64,000 nucleotides of DNA from Spirochaetia bacterium (GTDB lineage: Bacteria > Spirochaetota > Spirochaetia > DSM-27196 > Salinispiraceae), in NCBI GenBank assembly GCA_038204425.1, contig JBBRCZ010000005.1, forward strand, positions 96,001 through 160,000, in the 5' to 3' direction. Positions 48,101 to 60,415 of the stretch are shown one piece after another (the stretch's first letter is position 1; each line of letters starts with the position of its first letter). The translations under genes and the position numbers were made by a program. The notes beneath the pieces are model-generated. The model saw only the letters and a program-made list of their open reading frames with translations, searched no databases and was not told the origin of the DNA.

Positions 48101-49894
48101 TTATTTTTTTGTTGGCTTTGTTGCCAAGCCTTTGGTCTTGAGATGTCTGTTTACAAACACCTGTTGGACTGCACCCAAGACGTTTTGGAAAATCCAGTAG
48201 ACCAAGAGTCCAGATGGGACTTCGTAAAGTATGAAGAAGAAAACAGCTGGCAAGGCGTACATCATTATCTTCATCTGGGTATTGGAACCACCAGTATTTG
48301 AAGTTGGTGACAACTTAGATGACACTATCTGGCTTGCAAAGTAAAGGATAGGAAGCAGTCGCAAGTCATTCCAGTTGAGGAAGGGCAGCGTAAAACTACC
48401 CCAGTTCCAGATCGACTCCGGAAGAGAAAGGTCGGTAATCCAGCCAGGAATAAACATGGCGCCACGCAGGTCAAAGTGGTTGTTAAACAAACTGTACATG
48501 GCGATAAAGAAAGGAAACTGCAAAAGCATGGGCAAACAACCACCCAATGGATTAATCTTTTCTTTCTTGTAGAGATCTGCCAGCTCGGCGTTCATTTTCT
48601 GTGGATTGTCTTTAAACTTCTCGCGTAACTCAGTCATCTTTGGATTGAGAGCTTGCATACGAGCAGTTGATTCCATGCCTTTTTTGGTCAAAGGGTAGAG
48701 AAGTACCTTAACCAATATAGTAAGCATGATGATCGAAACGCCCCAATTTCCTACAAGATTGTAGAAAATTTGCATTATCCACTTCATTGATTCACTGAGC
48801 CACCATAGCCAATCGTCGTCGACAATCTTCTTTAGATTAAGGTCAGTTTGGCCGGCCTTGTTGTCCTCAGCGCGGTTATATTTTTCTAAAAAGTTGGCAA
48901 GTTTTGGCCCCGCATAGATTCTAAAGGTGTCTTTTACATTGCTACCCTGTAGCTCGCCGCGAGTAAAATACAAGGCAGAAGTCAATACGCTCGTGGTACT
49001 AGCTGATCGATCAAAGTTTATCATAAAATCGGCTGCACCAGGGATGATAAAGAAACTGAAATATTTGCTATCTACAGCAGCCCAGGTTACCCGACTGCTG
49101 ATCTCTTTTACTTTTCCTGGCTTAAGAGTTTCAACTTGCCTGCCATTTGTATTGAGATAGACATAGCGACGAGGGTCTGTCTTAGGGTTGTTAACAGAAG
49201 TAAGCGGTCCTACTTGTGGTTCTATTGCCAACGTATAGCTTGAGCCATTTACATTGAGCGGAATAGTTTCATTGGCAGATTCTTTTGACTGCACAAACTG
49301 CACGTCGAGTTGGAACAAATATTCTTCGGGAAAGAAGGTATACTTTTTAATTATGGTAAAGGACTTGCCGGGTCGATTGTTAATTTGGAAGTCACGCGAA
49401 AACTCGTAGACAAAACCGTCAGCGCTCTGAGTCACATTAAAGGCAGCATCAATCGTTTGACCGTTTTTGCCGCCGATCTTTGTCACTAGTCCAGACCCTT
49501 CAACTTGGGCCAACATATTGACTGCCTTTTCGCCGTCTTTGTATTTGACCAACTGCAAGGAGCTCACGTCAGCACCAACGGGATCAATAGTAACAGTGAT
49601 TTCGCCGTTGCTAAATACAATTGGTTTTAGTGTATATGGTTCGCTGCCTTGGGGGATCAAAGCGTTGTCCGGCTTTGAGGCATCCAACAAGGCAGTATCG
49701 CGTGGGCGATCGGCACTCAGGCTATTGCCTTGAGTATCGAGGCTTTGACTAACAACACTGGTGATGGTTGTACTTACTTGTTTAGTTGTGCTTACAGTTT
49801 GAGGGCTCGGTTTGTAGAGTACATTCTGAAGTATGGTAAAGCTAAAAAAAATGCCTACTATTAGGACGATTGCCAATATTGTTCGTTTTTCCAT
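48101..49894 (-). CDS. yidC: Membrane protein insertase
   Basis: GNWGVSII, NPLGGCLPMLLQFP, WITDLS, PSGLLVYW. Confidence 0.97.
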   Translation of the reverse strand: MEKRTILAIVLIVGIFFSFTILQNVLYKPSPQTVSTTKQVSTTITSVVSQSLDTQGNSLSADRPRDTALLDASKPDNALIPQGSEPYTLKPIVFSNGEITVTIDPVGADVSSLQLVKYKDGEKAVNMLAQVEGSGLVTKIGGKNGQTIDAAFNVTQSADGFVYEFSRDFQINNRPGKSFTIIKKYTFFPEEYLFQLDVQFVQSKESANETIPLNVNGSSYTLAIEPQVGPLTSVNNPKTDPRRYVYLNTNGRQVETLKPGKVKEISSRVTWAAVDSKYFSFFIIPGAADFMINFDRSASTTSVLTSALYFTRGELQGSNVKDTFRIYAGPKLANFLEKYNRAEDNKAGQTDLNLKKIVDDDWLWWLSESMKWIMQIFYNLVGNWGVSIIMLTILVKVLLYPLTKKGMESTARMQALNPKMTELREKFKDNPQKMNAELADLYKKEKINPLGGCLPMLLQFPFFIAMYSLFNNHFDLRGAMFIPGWITDLSLPESIWNWGSFTLPFLNWNDLRLLPILYFASQIVSSKLSPTSNTGGSNTQMKIMMYALPAVFFFILYEVPSGLLVYWIFQNVLGAVQQVFVNRHLKTKGLATKPTKK

Positions 49895-49919
49895 AGAATC
49901 TCCGATTTGTTTCCGTAAT

Positions 49920-50276
49920 TCAATTTAATACAGGTAAATCACACAAAAGTGCTTTTTTGAGCAGATCAGAAATCTGCTGGTAGCGCTCTTGATACGAATA
50001 GTCACCGGGGAAAAAAACAAAGGCTATATCAAATCCCGGCTTTACATATTCCTTCAAACGCCGGAAAACTTCGCGCCCTTGACGCTTATTATGATTTCGT
50101 TCAACGGCATTTCTGCATTTCCTGCTAGGACTCAATAGCACGCGCGTCAGGCCTAAGTCGTTTCGCTTGTGCCACATTTTTAGGCCTTTGCAGGAAACGC
50201 TAGTTCCGGAAGTATAGAGACTTTTGATCTCTGATTGCTTCCGGAGACGTTCGTTCTTAGTAAGGCTTCTTTTCAT
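49920..50276 (-). CDS. rnpA: Ribonuclease P protein component
   Basis: [19 protein letters not shown] (RNR-like); located after rpmH. Confidence 0.93.
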   Translation of the reverse strand: MKRSLTKNERLRKQSEIKSLYTSGTSVSCKGLKMWHKRNDLGLTRVLLSPSRKCRNAVERNHNKRQGREVFRRLKEYVKPGFDIAFVFFPGDYSYQERYQQISDLLKKALLCDLPVLN

Positions 50277-50412
50277 CCGAAACTGACAGTTTTATACGAC
50301 CCTTTGCTCTTCTACGCTTTAGAACAAGGCGACCGCCTCTGGTACTCATACGTGCACGAAAGCCAAATTTTCGGTTTCGCTTTACTTTACTTGGTTGGTA
50401 GGTCCGCTTCAT
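50257..50412 (-). CDS. rpmH: 50S ribosomal protein L34
   Basis: Absent from the ORF track; [51 protein letters not shown]. Confidence 0.98.
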   Translation of the reverse strand: MKRTYQPSKVKRNRKFGFRARMSTRGGRLVLKRRRAKGRIKLSVSDEKKPY

Positions 50413-50458
50413 AATAGATACTCCTCGGCTAATACTACTCTCTTAAAATAGGTGTGGA

Positions 50459-50487
50459 AGTATACGGTTGACTATGCTGGCTGTCAA
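50459..50487 (-). promoter_or_regulatory. Sigma70 promoter of rpmH operon
   Basis: TTGACA-N17-TATACT on the minus strand. Confidence 0.8.
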
Positions 50488-50506
50488 TCTACTTGCTGAG
50501 CCGGTC

Positions 50507-50983
50507 TTACTTTTTAGGCCCGTTTTCCATAGCTTTTTTGAGTGCTTTCATGGCTGACAAAAAAACAGCGTCTTTTTTTTGGTCCAATTTGCCCAAAACT
50601 ACTGGTTCTTCTAGCACCAACGGACTTGCGTTTTTTACTTCTAACTCGCTTGGCGAGACTTTATTAGTTTCAGTTGGCGTTGCCTTTTGACTGGAAAAGT
50701 CTTTGACCATTTGAAAACAGATTCTTTTGATTGCCAGTTGTGGAAATGCCTTGGTGATTTTTTTGAGAATTATTGACTCTTGCATTTTGATTCTTTGCAT
50801 CCACCCTTGATGATCAACACCAACAACTACCATATCAGCCTTAAGATCGATTACCTTGGCGTGCGCCGATATTTCAGGCCCTACAAGCTGACTCCAAGCG
50901 GCAAAAAAACCTTGATAGTTCTTCTCGTCGTTTATACCCAGGGCTTGAAGATAACCAGAAACTAAATCAGCTGCCTTCTTCAT
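50507..50983 (-). CDS. DUF721/DciA family protein
   Basis: WSQLVGPEISAH, HQGWMQ; located directly after recF. Confidence 0.85.
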   Translation of the reverse strand: MKKAADLVSGYLQALGINDEKNYQGFFAAWSQLVGPEISAHAKVIDLKADMVVVGVDHQGWMQRIKMQESIILKKITKAFPQLAIKRICFQMVKDFSSQKATPTETNKVSPSELEVKNASPLVLEEPVVLGKLDQKKDAVFLSAMKALKKAMENGPKK

Positions 50984-52055
50984 TGAATCTACCTTCTTTG
51001 ACTATAAACTTTAGTATATCAGGCCCACTGTTTTTAGAAATGGTTTCGTCGGGAAGAAACGTGTAAAAACGTTGTTCTGACGGCGGCAAGTGACCAAGAA
51101 ATCTTTGGCGTTTTTGAGCATCAAGTTCCAAAAGTACATCGTCCAGTAACAAGACTGGTTTTTTGCCAGATCTCTCTCCCAAAAGTCTTGATTGTTCTAA
51201 GCGCAGCAACAAAGACAAAAGTCGCAGCTGACCGGTGCTTGCGTCGCTGACGTAGTCCTTGTCATCGGCAAGAAAGCGAAACTTATCGCGGTGGGGACCT
51301 GATGTTGTAAATTTTAGCGCAAGATCCGCCGAGCGCCTTTGTATCAGTTTTGCCAAAAGTTGTTCATCATTGACCGCTTCCCAGGACGATTTGTAGTCTA
51401 TCTGTACTTGTTGTTGACTGTTGCTGATTGTTTGAAAAAGCAGCCCAAAGTTTTTGTTAAAGAGATCAACCATCATCCGTCTTCCTTCGACGATTTTTTT
51501 GCCATAGCTGACGAGCTGATGGTCGAAGGTTTCCAACAATTCAAGTCTATTCTCGCGTAGGACCGCATTGCGCGACTTAAGAATTTTTCCATAGTCCTGC
51601 AAATTTTCCAGATAGATCGGAAATAGCAAACTGGCTGTTTGGTCAAAAAAAGCTCGTTGATGTTCGGGCCCGCCGGTTACATAGAGCAAGTCATCATGAG
51701 AAAAAACAATGCAAGGTAGCAATCGAACCAAATCTCGGCGGTCAGCGAGCAGTTTTCCATTTACAAATATGGTCTTCTTGCGTTTACTAACGACTATCTT
51801 GATCTTGAGGTGGATATCGCTTTCTTGGTCAAAGAAATCTGCATTTAGGGCCATTTCTTGACTGCCATGTTGCACCAAGTTGTCGTCTATTTTGGTTCTA
51901 AATGATCTTCCATAGCAAAGCATGTAGATTGCTTCCAAAAAATTAGTTTTGCCTTGGCCATTTTCGCCTATAAAAAAAACCTGTCCTTTGGGGACAGGTA
52001 TTTCTGCATTGTTAATGTTCCTAAAATTGTGGAACACGACTTTCAAAAACGGCAT
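50967..52055 (-). CDS. recF: DNA replication/repair protein RecF
   Basis: GENGQGKTN, GPHRD, ASTGQ, LLLDDVLLELD. Confidence 0.97.
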   Translation of the reverse strand: MPFLKVVFHNFRNINNAEIPVPKGQVFFIGENGQGKTNFLEAIYMLCYGRSFRTKIDDNLVQHGSQEMALNADFFDQESDIHLKIKIVVSKRKKTIFVNGKLLADRRDLVRLLPCIVFSHDDLLYVTGGPEHQRAFFDQTASLLFPIYLENLQDYGKILKSRNAVLRENRLELLETFDHQLVSYGKKIVEGRRMMVDLFNKNFGLLFQTISNSQQQVQIDYKSSWEAVNDEQLLAKLIQRRSADLALKFTTSGPHRDKFRFLADDKDYVSDASTGQLRLLSLLLRLEQSRLLGERSGKKPVLLLDDVLLELDAQKRQRFLGHLPPSEQRFYTFLPDETISKNSGPDILKFIVKEGRFNEEGS

Positions 52056-52057
52056 GC

Positions 52058-53161
52058 TTAGTCCATCTGCATGGGCATAATGATGTGGAAGTAATTTTTC
52101 TGTGGCTTGGAGTACAAACTAATTGCCTTAAATGTTTCTGTAAAGTGCAAAGAAATTTCCTCTGAATCGATTACTTTGAGTGGATCGCTTAAGTATTGAA
52201 AGTTAAGTGCTATCTTGCTTTCTGGTCCCTCGTAGTTACAAGGTACTTCCTCCCGACCGATACCAATCTCTGATTCCTCAGACATGAGGGTAAAAGTCCC
52301 TGCAGATAAGATAACCAAAACTCGTCGGGACTTTTCAACCATTAGAGAAACTCTCTTGAGTGCTTCGTTGAGCTTAGCCCTGTTAATTATAATCTCGTAA
52401 ACTTGGTGTTCTGGAATAACTCGTTGATAGTTGGGAAACTGACCCTCTATTAGAGCTGAAGATAATTTCTGATTGTCAAATTCAAAGAAAACTTGTTTTT
52501 CAGTGATGGCAAGCGCTATCTGACCTTGTCCTGAAAGCAACTTCTTTACCAACAAGAGCACTTTTGGTGGAATAATTACACCCGGAAATTGGGGAATGGC
52601 TAGGTCTGGTTTGATTGATATGTATGACAGTCGGCGACCGTCAGTTGCTACCATCAACAGTTTTTCGTCGTTGTTCTCAAGGTAGACACCATTCATAAAG
52701 TAACGCGTCTCGTCATCACTTACCGCAAACACAGTTTGGCTTATCATCTCTATAAAATCTATCTGAGGAATATCAAAGAAGCTTTCTTGCGGTGCCGATT
52801 CTAGTTCGGGAAATTTGTCTGCTGGAATACTCTTGAGTCTAAAGTCAATTTTGGCAAAGAGCGGCTTGATGACGAATCGGTCACCGTTGACTATTTCAAA
52901 ATCAACTTCGCCTTCTGGGAGAGTTCGTAAGATAGCCAGCAGTTTGTCACAAAAGACGGTGGTAGTTCCTTCGGTCTTTATGTCCACCGGAATGATGGTT
53001 TCAAAACTTACTTTGAGATCGGTTGCCCTTATCAGTAAGCTGCCATTTTGGGTGGATAGCAATACATTTGATAGAATAGAAAGGGAGTTCCTTGATGAGA
53101 TAATTTCCTGGGCAATGGAAATTTCCTTCATCAGTATGTCTCTTTTGCAACTAAATTTCAT
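52058..53161 (-). CDS. dnaN: DNA polymerase III beta clamp
   Basis: ATDL, ETRYFMNG, VATDGRRL, GQFPNY, IIMPMQ. Confidence 0.98.
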   Translation of the reverse strand: MKFSCKRDILMKEISIAQEIISSRNSLSILSNVLLSTQNGSLLIRATDLKVSFETIIPVDIKTEGTTTVFCDKLLAILRTLPEGEVDFEIVNGDRFVIKPLFAKIDFRLKSIPADKFPELESAPQESFFDIPQIDFIEMISQTVFAVSDDETRYFMNGVYLENNDEKLLMVATDGRRLSYISIKPDLAIPQFPGVIIPPKVLLLVKKLLSGQGQIALAITEKQVFFEFDNQKLSSALIEGQFPNYQRVIPEHQVYEIIINRAKLNEALKRVSLMVEKSRRVLVILSAGTFTLMSEESEIGIGREEVPCNYEGPESKIALNFQYLSDPLKVIDSEEISLHFTETFKAISLYSKPQKNYFHIIMPMQMD

Positions 53162-53368
53162 AAAAACTCCTTAGTCTTTCTCTATAATTAGGTATAAATA
53201 CAATAGTAGTAGTAGTAGTAGGCTCTGGTATAATGTGTATAACCCAATAAGTCATTATAAGGTTTTACTTTACGGAGCACAAAGCCGACTGTATAACTTG
53301 TACCGGTATCCACAGTATCCACAATGATGACTTGTTTACCTTGCCAATGTCAATAAATCCACCACTTA
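53162..53368. other. oriC: Chromosomal replication origin oriC (dnaA-dnaN intergenic)
   Basis: (TAG)6 DnaA-trios at 53204-53221, TGTGTATAA box at 53234-53242, tandem GTATCCACA boxes at 53306-53323, AT-rich flank. Confidence 0.92.
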
Positions 53369-54742
53369 TCAAGAATTTAATCCCTCTGTTTTTATCTTTC
53401 GAATTAGCTCTTTGACAATTGGTTCAATAGTTGGATCGGACTTCATGATGTCAGAGATTTTTTGGCAGCCATGCATGATTGTAGTATGATCGCGGCCGCC
53501 AAATTCTTCGCCTATTTCGGTTGTTGAATATTCGGTGATCTCTCTAGAAATGTACATTGCAATCTGGCGCGGAAAAGAAACTGACTGGGTGCGGCGCTTT
53601 TGTCTAAAGTCTTGACTTGTCAAGTTGAAGTAAGAGGCTACCTCTTTGATGATTAGGTCTATGCTTATATTTTTTCTGTTGGTAACAGAAAAAAAATCTT
53701 TGAGTTGCTCACGGGTGACTTCCGGGGTGATCTCTTTTCCCATGAGTTCTGAAAAAGCTCTTAGTTTGGTAATGGCCTTTTCAAGATCCCTGACGTTAGT
53801 CGTAATATTATTACAGATGATTTGAATAGATTCGTCGGGAATGTTAACGCCCCAAGATTCGATCTTTTTTCTGAGGATAGCAAATCGAGTTTCATAGCTT
53901 GGCGGTTGAAGATCCACATTGAGACCACGTTCAAATCGATTTCGTAGACGGTCCGTTATTTCTTTAATTTCTGAGACAGGACGGTCACAAGTAAATACCA
54001 TTTGCTTTTTGTTGTCGTACAGGGCATTAAAAGTATAAAAGAGTTCTTCTTGCGTGCCCTCTCGTTTGGTTATTGAGTGGATGTCGTCAATCAGCAGAAT
54101 ATCTGCGGTTCGATACTTTGCTTTAAAAAGGTGTTGTTCTTTTCTTGCTATCGATTCAATAAATTCAGTGGTAAAATTATCCATTTGCACATAGATGATC
54201 TTCTTCTCTGGATTGGTAAGATGAACCATATTGCCTATTGATTGCAAAAGATGGGTTTTTCCAAGCCCAACCCCGCCATAAATCAAAAAAGGGTTGTAGA
54301 TGGTACCGGGTTCTCGAGCGATCGCCAAAGCAGCATTTGCAGCAAAGTTGTTGTTGTCGCCAATCACAAAGTGATCAAAGGTGTAGTCGGCATTGAGCAT
54401 AGGATGGCGGGATACCTTTTTACTGGTACTTTTTGCAGAATTGGTGACTGGTGCTTCGATAGTCTCACTCACCCGTTCTTTGTTGGCAGATTGAATCTTA
54501 AACTCGATCTTTATCTCCGTGCCCGACAACTCCACAAGCAGTTGTTCTATTTCGTTTAAATAACGGGTTTTAACTTGGTCTTGAAAGAACTTAGAAGGGA
54601 CCAAAACAACAATCAATGAGGCTTCAGACTTGTGATAAATGATTCTTCCGAGCCACATTTCTGATTCTTGCTCGCTTTTTCGCGCACGGAGAATATTGAT
54701 TGCTTCTTCCCAGAAGACTGAATAATTCCATTTGTCTGACAT
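53369..54742 (-). CDS. dnaA: Chromosomal replication initiator
   Basis: YNPFLIYGGVGLGKTHL, LLIDDI, RFERGL, GGRDHTT. Start set at ATG 54742. Confidence 0.98.
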   Translation of the reverse strand: MSDKWNYSVFWEEAINILRARKSEQESEMWLGRIIYHKSEASLIVVLVPSKFFQDQVKTRYLNEIEQLLVELSGTEIKIEFKIQSANKERVSETIEAPVTNSAKSTSKKVSRHPMLNADYTFDHFVIGDNNNFAANAALAIAREPGTIYNPFLIYGGVGLGKTHLLQSIGNMVHLTNPEKKIIYVQMDNFTTEFIESIARKEQHLFKAKYRTADILLIDDIHSITKREGTQEELFYTFNALYDNKKQMVFTCDRPVSEIKEITDRLRNRFERGLNVDLQPPSYETRFAILRKKIESWGVNIPDESIQIICNNITTNVRDLEKAITKLRAFSELMGKEITPEVTREQLKDFFSVTNRKNISIDLIIKEVASYFNLTSQDFRQKRRTQSVSFPRQIAMYISREITEYSTTEIGEEFGGRDHTTIMHGCQKISDIMKSDPTIEPIVKELIRKIKTEGLNS

Positions 54743-54752
54743 AACAGCTTCG

Positions 54753-54781
54753 ATGATAACGGCTAAATGATCTATTCGCAA
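54753..54781 (-). promoter_or_regulatory. Candidate dnaA promoter
   Basis: TTGCGA-N17-TATCAT, 10 nt before the ATG. Confidence 0.55.
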
Positions 54782-54904
54782 CGGTGGACGCACATCAATT
54801 GCCATATTGCGTCCAAAAAATTCTCTCGGCTCAAATAATGTATTGTATTGCAATAATATAACTATTTTTCTAAGTCTTTACTACTGACCATTCTTCTGTT
54901 ATGA

Positions 54905-56845
<1,941 letters not shown>

Positions 56846-56907
56846 AGTTTTTTGAAATTGCTTCAGCAATCAATATTTGAGTCATTACTGTATAAAAGAG
56901 GATAAGT

Positions 56908-59442
56908 ATGTCAGATCTTAGAGGTAGAATAATTCCGGTTGCCATAGAAGATGAAGTTAAAACCTCGTACTTAAACTATGCTATGTCGGTTATCGTTTCT
57001 CGCGCCCTACCTGATGTTAGGGACGGTCTTAAGCCGGTCCATCGCCGAATCTTGCATGGTATGAATGAAATGGGGCTTAGATCCGATAAGCCACCAAAGA
57101 AAAGCGCCCGTATTGTCGGCGATGTACTTGGTAAGTTTCACCCACATGGGGACCAAAGCGTTTACGATGCCTTGGTAAGACTTGCACAAGATTTTTCTAT
57201 GCGTTATTTGATGGTTAACGGCCAAGGTAACTTTGGTTCGGTCGACGGTGATCCTCCTGCAGCCATGCGTTATACCGAAGCCAGAATGCATAAGCTTGCC
57301 GAGGAGATGTTGGCAGACATCAACAAAGATACAGTTGATTTTGTTTCTAACTATGACGACTCGATGGAAGAACCTTCGGTTTTGCCGGCCGCAGTGCCTT
57401 ACTTGCTGGTTAACGGCGTAAGTGGTATCGCGGTTGGTATGGCAACCAATATTCCTACACATAACCTCAAAGAGATTTGTGAAGCCATTGCCTATTGTAT
57501 CGAGAATCCCGAGTGTAGCATTGACGACTTGCTTCAGTTTGTAAAAGGACCCGATTTTCCAACAGGTGGTATAATCTACGGCAAAAAAGGCATGCAAGAA
57601 GCCTATAGGACTGGTAGAGGCGCCGTGACAGTGCGGGCCAAGTTCAACATCGAGTCACTCGATAACGGCAAAGATTGCATAATTATCAACGAAATTCCTT
57701 ATCAGGTTAACAAAGCAAACCTAGTAATCCGAATCGCCGAATTGATCCGCGAGGACAAGATCGACGGTATTTCTGATCTGCGTGATGAATCGGATCGTGA
57801 TGGCATGAGAGTCGTGATCGAGCTAAAGAGGAACGTAAGCCCCAAGATTATCCTCAATCAACTCTTTCAGCATACGCAGCTTCAAGTTAACTTTAACGTC
57901 AACGCCTTGGCTCTAGTTAGCGGCAGACCTAAGATCCTCAACCTCAAAGAGATGATGGTTCACTTTATCAATCACCGAAAAGAGGTTGTGACTCGTCGGA
58001 CTAAATTTGAGCTAAAGAAGGCCGAAGAACGGGCCCACATCTTGCTCGGACTAAAAATTGCCCTCGAAAACATCGACGAAGTAATAAAGACCATCAAGGA
58101 GTCTGACACGGTCAATATCGCCAGACTTCGGCTGATGGAAAGATTTGGACTATCTGAGGTTCAATCTCAGGCCATTCTCGATATGCGATTGCAAAAACTG
58201 ACTAGTCTCGAGACCCAAAAGATCATTGAAGAACTTGAGCAACTGATGGCTTTAATTGCGCACCTTAAAGACTTACTTGCTCATGAGTTTAAGATTCTAC
58301 TGCTGGTAAAGAAAGAGCTATTGGAGCTTTCCGAGAAGCACGGTGACCCACGCCGAACCGATATCGTGCTCGACGAGGTTGAGTCTATTAACATCGAAGA
58401 CCTTATTCAGAAAGAAGATATGGTCGTTCTTATAACCAATCGTGGTTATATTAAGCGCGTTCCGTTTAGCGCCTATAGATTGCAAGGCCTTGGCGGTAAA
58501 GGCTCACTGACTTCTACGCTTAAGGATGACGACTACATTAAGAATCTGTTCATCGCCTCGACTCATCATGTAATTTTCTTTCTTTCAAATCAAGGCAAAG
58601 CATATTGGCTCAAAGTCCACGAGATTCCAGAAGGATCTAGAACTGCTAAGGGTCAACACATTCGGGCACTCTTGGCGATTACAGCCGATGAACAGATCAA
58701 TGCCATTGTGGCCCTGCCAGAGTTTTCTGAGAATACCTTTCTCTTTATCACTACCGCACTTGGTACGGTGAAGAAGGTAGCTACCAAAGAGTTTGTTCAT
58801 GCTAAGACACGTGGTATACAAGCAATTACACTCAAGGCAGACGATAGAGTCATTTCAGCTATACTAACTAATGGTACTAGCGATGTTTTTGTGGTTACCA
58901 GAAAAGGAAAGGGTTTGCGCTTTTCGGAATCAGAAGTTCGTTCTATGGGCCGAACCGCCCAAGGCGTGGCAGGCATACACCTTTTGGCAGGCGATGAAGT
59001 GGCCGGCGCGGTTGAAACCAACGAAAAAGGCCAGGCTCTGCTGCTCTCCCAGTTTGGCTACGGCAAACGTTTGGTTTTGAGGGACATCACGCCACACGGC
59101 CGCTACACGCAGGGAAGAAGAGTATATGACGTGTCCGAGAAGACAGGAGACGTTGTGGGAGTCCTTTCAGTACTCGATGGCGACAATGCAATCGTCATTA
59201 CCCACCAAGGAAGTTCGATAAAGATCGAAGTTGATAACGTGCCGGTCTACAAGCCAGATACTCAAGGTGTTCGTATTGTAAATATCAATAGACCTGACTT
59301 TGTAGTTGGTCTCGATCGTTCTGACCCAGAAGTGGATGATGTAAAGGACGGACAACCGGGGCCAGCAGCAAGTCTAGTCGATGAGGCTGGAGAAAACGCA
59401 GAGGCGATCGCTAGTCCCGATTTGCCACCTCAAGACTTGTAA
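56908..59442 (+). CDS. gyrA: DNA gyrase subunit A
   Basis: FHPHGD, AAMRYTE, GyrA-box-like QGLGGKG, acidic tail. Confidence 0.98.
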   Translation: MSDLRGRIIPVAIEDEVKTSYLNYAMSVIVSRALPDVRDGLKPVHRRILHGMNEMGLRSDKPPKKSARIVGDVLGKFHPHGDQSVYDALVRLAQDFSMRYLMVNGQGNFGSVDGDPPAAMRYTEARMHKLAEEMLADINKDTVDFVSNYDDSMEEPSVLPAAVPYLLVNGVSGIAVGMATNIPTHNLKEICEAIAYCIENPECSIDDLLQFVKGPDFPTGGIIYGKKGMQEAYRTGRGAVTVRAKFNIESLDNGKDCIIINEIPYQVNKANLVIRIAELIREDKIDGISDLRDESDRDGMRVVIELKRNVSPKIILNQLFQHTQLQVNFNVNALALVSGRPKILNLKEMMVHFINHRKEVVTRRTKFELKKAEERAHILLGLKIALENIDEVIKTIKESDTVNIARLRLMERFGLSEVQSQAILDMRLQKLTSLETQKIIEELEQLMALIAHLKDLLAHEFKILLLVKKELLELSEKHGDPRRTDIVLDEVESINIEDLIQKEDMVVLITNRGYIKRVPFSAYRLQGLGGKGSLTSTLKDDDYIKNLFIASTHHVIFFLSNQGKAYWLKVHEIPEGSRTAKGQHIRALLAITADEQINAIVALPEFSENTFLFITTALGTVKKVATKEFVHAKTRGIQAITLKADDRVISAILTNGTSDVFVVTRKGKGLRFSESEVRSMGRTAQGVAGIHLLAGDEVAGAVETNEKGQALLLSQFGYGKRLVLRDITPHGRYTQGRRVYDVSEKTGDVVGVLSVLDGDNAIVITHQGSSIKIEVDNVPVYKPDTQGVRIVNINRPDFVVGLDRSDPEVDDVKDGQPGPAASLVDEAGENAEAIASPDLPPQDL

Positions 59443-59464
59443 TTACTCAATTATTGATTCTGAG

Positions 59465-59506
59465 ACCCCGCTATTGTTTCACGTGAAACAATAGCGGGGT
59501 TTTTTT
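59465..59506 (+). terminator. gyrA terminator: 36-bp perfect palindrome plus T-run
   Basis: ACCCCGCTATTGTTTCACGTGAAACAATAGCGGGGT followed by TTTTTT. Confidence 0.8.
59475..59490. promoter_or_regulatory. parS: parS site 1
   Basis: Perfect TGTTTCACGTGAAACA consensus. Confidence 0.95.
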
Positions 59507-59515
59507 GGACAAATA

Positions 59516-59531
59516 TGTTTCACGTGAAACA
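59516..59531. promoter_or_regulatory. parS: parS site 2
   Basis: Perfect TGTTTCACGTGAAACA consensus upstream of parA. Confidence 0.95.
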
Positions 59532-59647
59532 ATAGCCAGCGCACGTTCACAAGCTGGATAAAATCCCTATAAATGAACAAAACAAGTCTGTAATCGCGAC
59601 TTAGGCACATGACAGATGATCAAACAATAGACTATACTTGAGCTATT

Positions 59648-60415
59648 ATGGCCATCTCAATTGTATTTGCTAATCAGAAGGGTGGAGTGGGAAAGACCAC
59701 TTCCACAGTCAACGTTGGCGCTTATCTCGCCGAAGCGGGAAAACGAGTTTTATTGGTGGATTTTGATCCTCAAGGAAATTTGTCTTCGGCCGTCGGTGCG
59801 GATAGAGACAAGGCGGACATCTACGCTTTAATTTCAGGAAAGAAAAAGGCAAAAGATACTATCCAGTCAACGACCGTTCAGAATCTATTTATTATTCCAG
59901 CGTCAATAGATTTGACGGGCGCTACCGTAGAGTTGGTTGACCAACCAGAGCGGGAGTTCTTTCTTAAGAAGGCACTTGAGCCATTAAAGGCGCAGTACGA
60001 CTTTATACTCATAGATTGCCCACCTTCTCTTGGAGTACTTACTGTCAACGGTCTTACTGCCGCGGACCGAGTTATAATTCCATTACAAACTGAGTATTTT
60101 GCTTTGGAAGGGCTGACCCAGTTGGTACAAAGTATTAAGTTGATTCAGAAGAGCACTAATCCAGCGTTAGAAATCGGTGGCATCATGTTTACCATGTATG
60201 ACTCACGAACCAAGTTGGCTCAAGATGTGGTTCAGGAAGTTCTTGGCTATTTTGGTGAACTAGTATTTAAGACTATCATCCCGCGCAACATTAGGTTGTC
60301 AGAGGCGCCATCTCATGGAGTCCCTATCAATCTATACGACCCAATCTGTTTAGGAGCAAGAAGCTACAAACAACTTTCGCAGGAGGTCATCGACCGTGCA
60401 GCGAAGATTGGGTAA
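59648..60415 (+). CDS. parA: Chromosome partitioning ATPase ParA/Soj
   Basis: NQKGGVGKTT, DPQGN, IDCPPSLG, IPRNIRLSEAPSHG. Confidence 0.97.
   Translation: MAISIVFANQKGGVGKTTSTVNVGAYLAEAGKRVLLVDFDPQGNLSSAVGADRDKADIYALISGKKKAKDTIQSTTVQNLFIIPASIDLTGATVELVDQPEREFFLKKALEPLKAQYDFILIDCPPSLGVLTVNGLTAADRVIIPLQTEYFALEGLTQLVQSIKLIQKSTNPALEIGGIMFTMYDSRTKLAQDVVQEVLGYFGELVFKTIIPRNIRLSEAPSHGVPINLYDPICLGARSYKQLSQEVIDRAAKIG

Noticed and set aside
53204..53221. (TAG)6 as a microsatellite or phase-variation tract
   Set aside because: Better explained as DnaA-trios within oriC.
54743..54853. N-terminal extension of DnaA in the ORF track
   Set aside because: TTG start and non-DnaA-like sequence; a promoter-like element lies within it.
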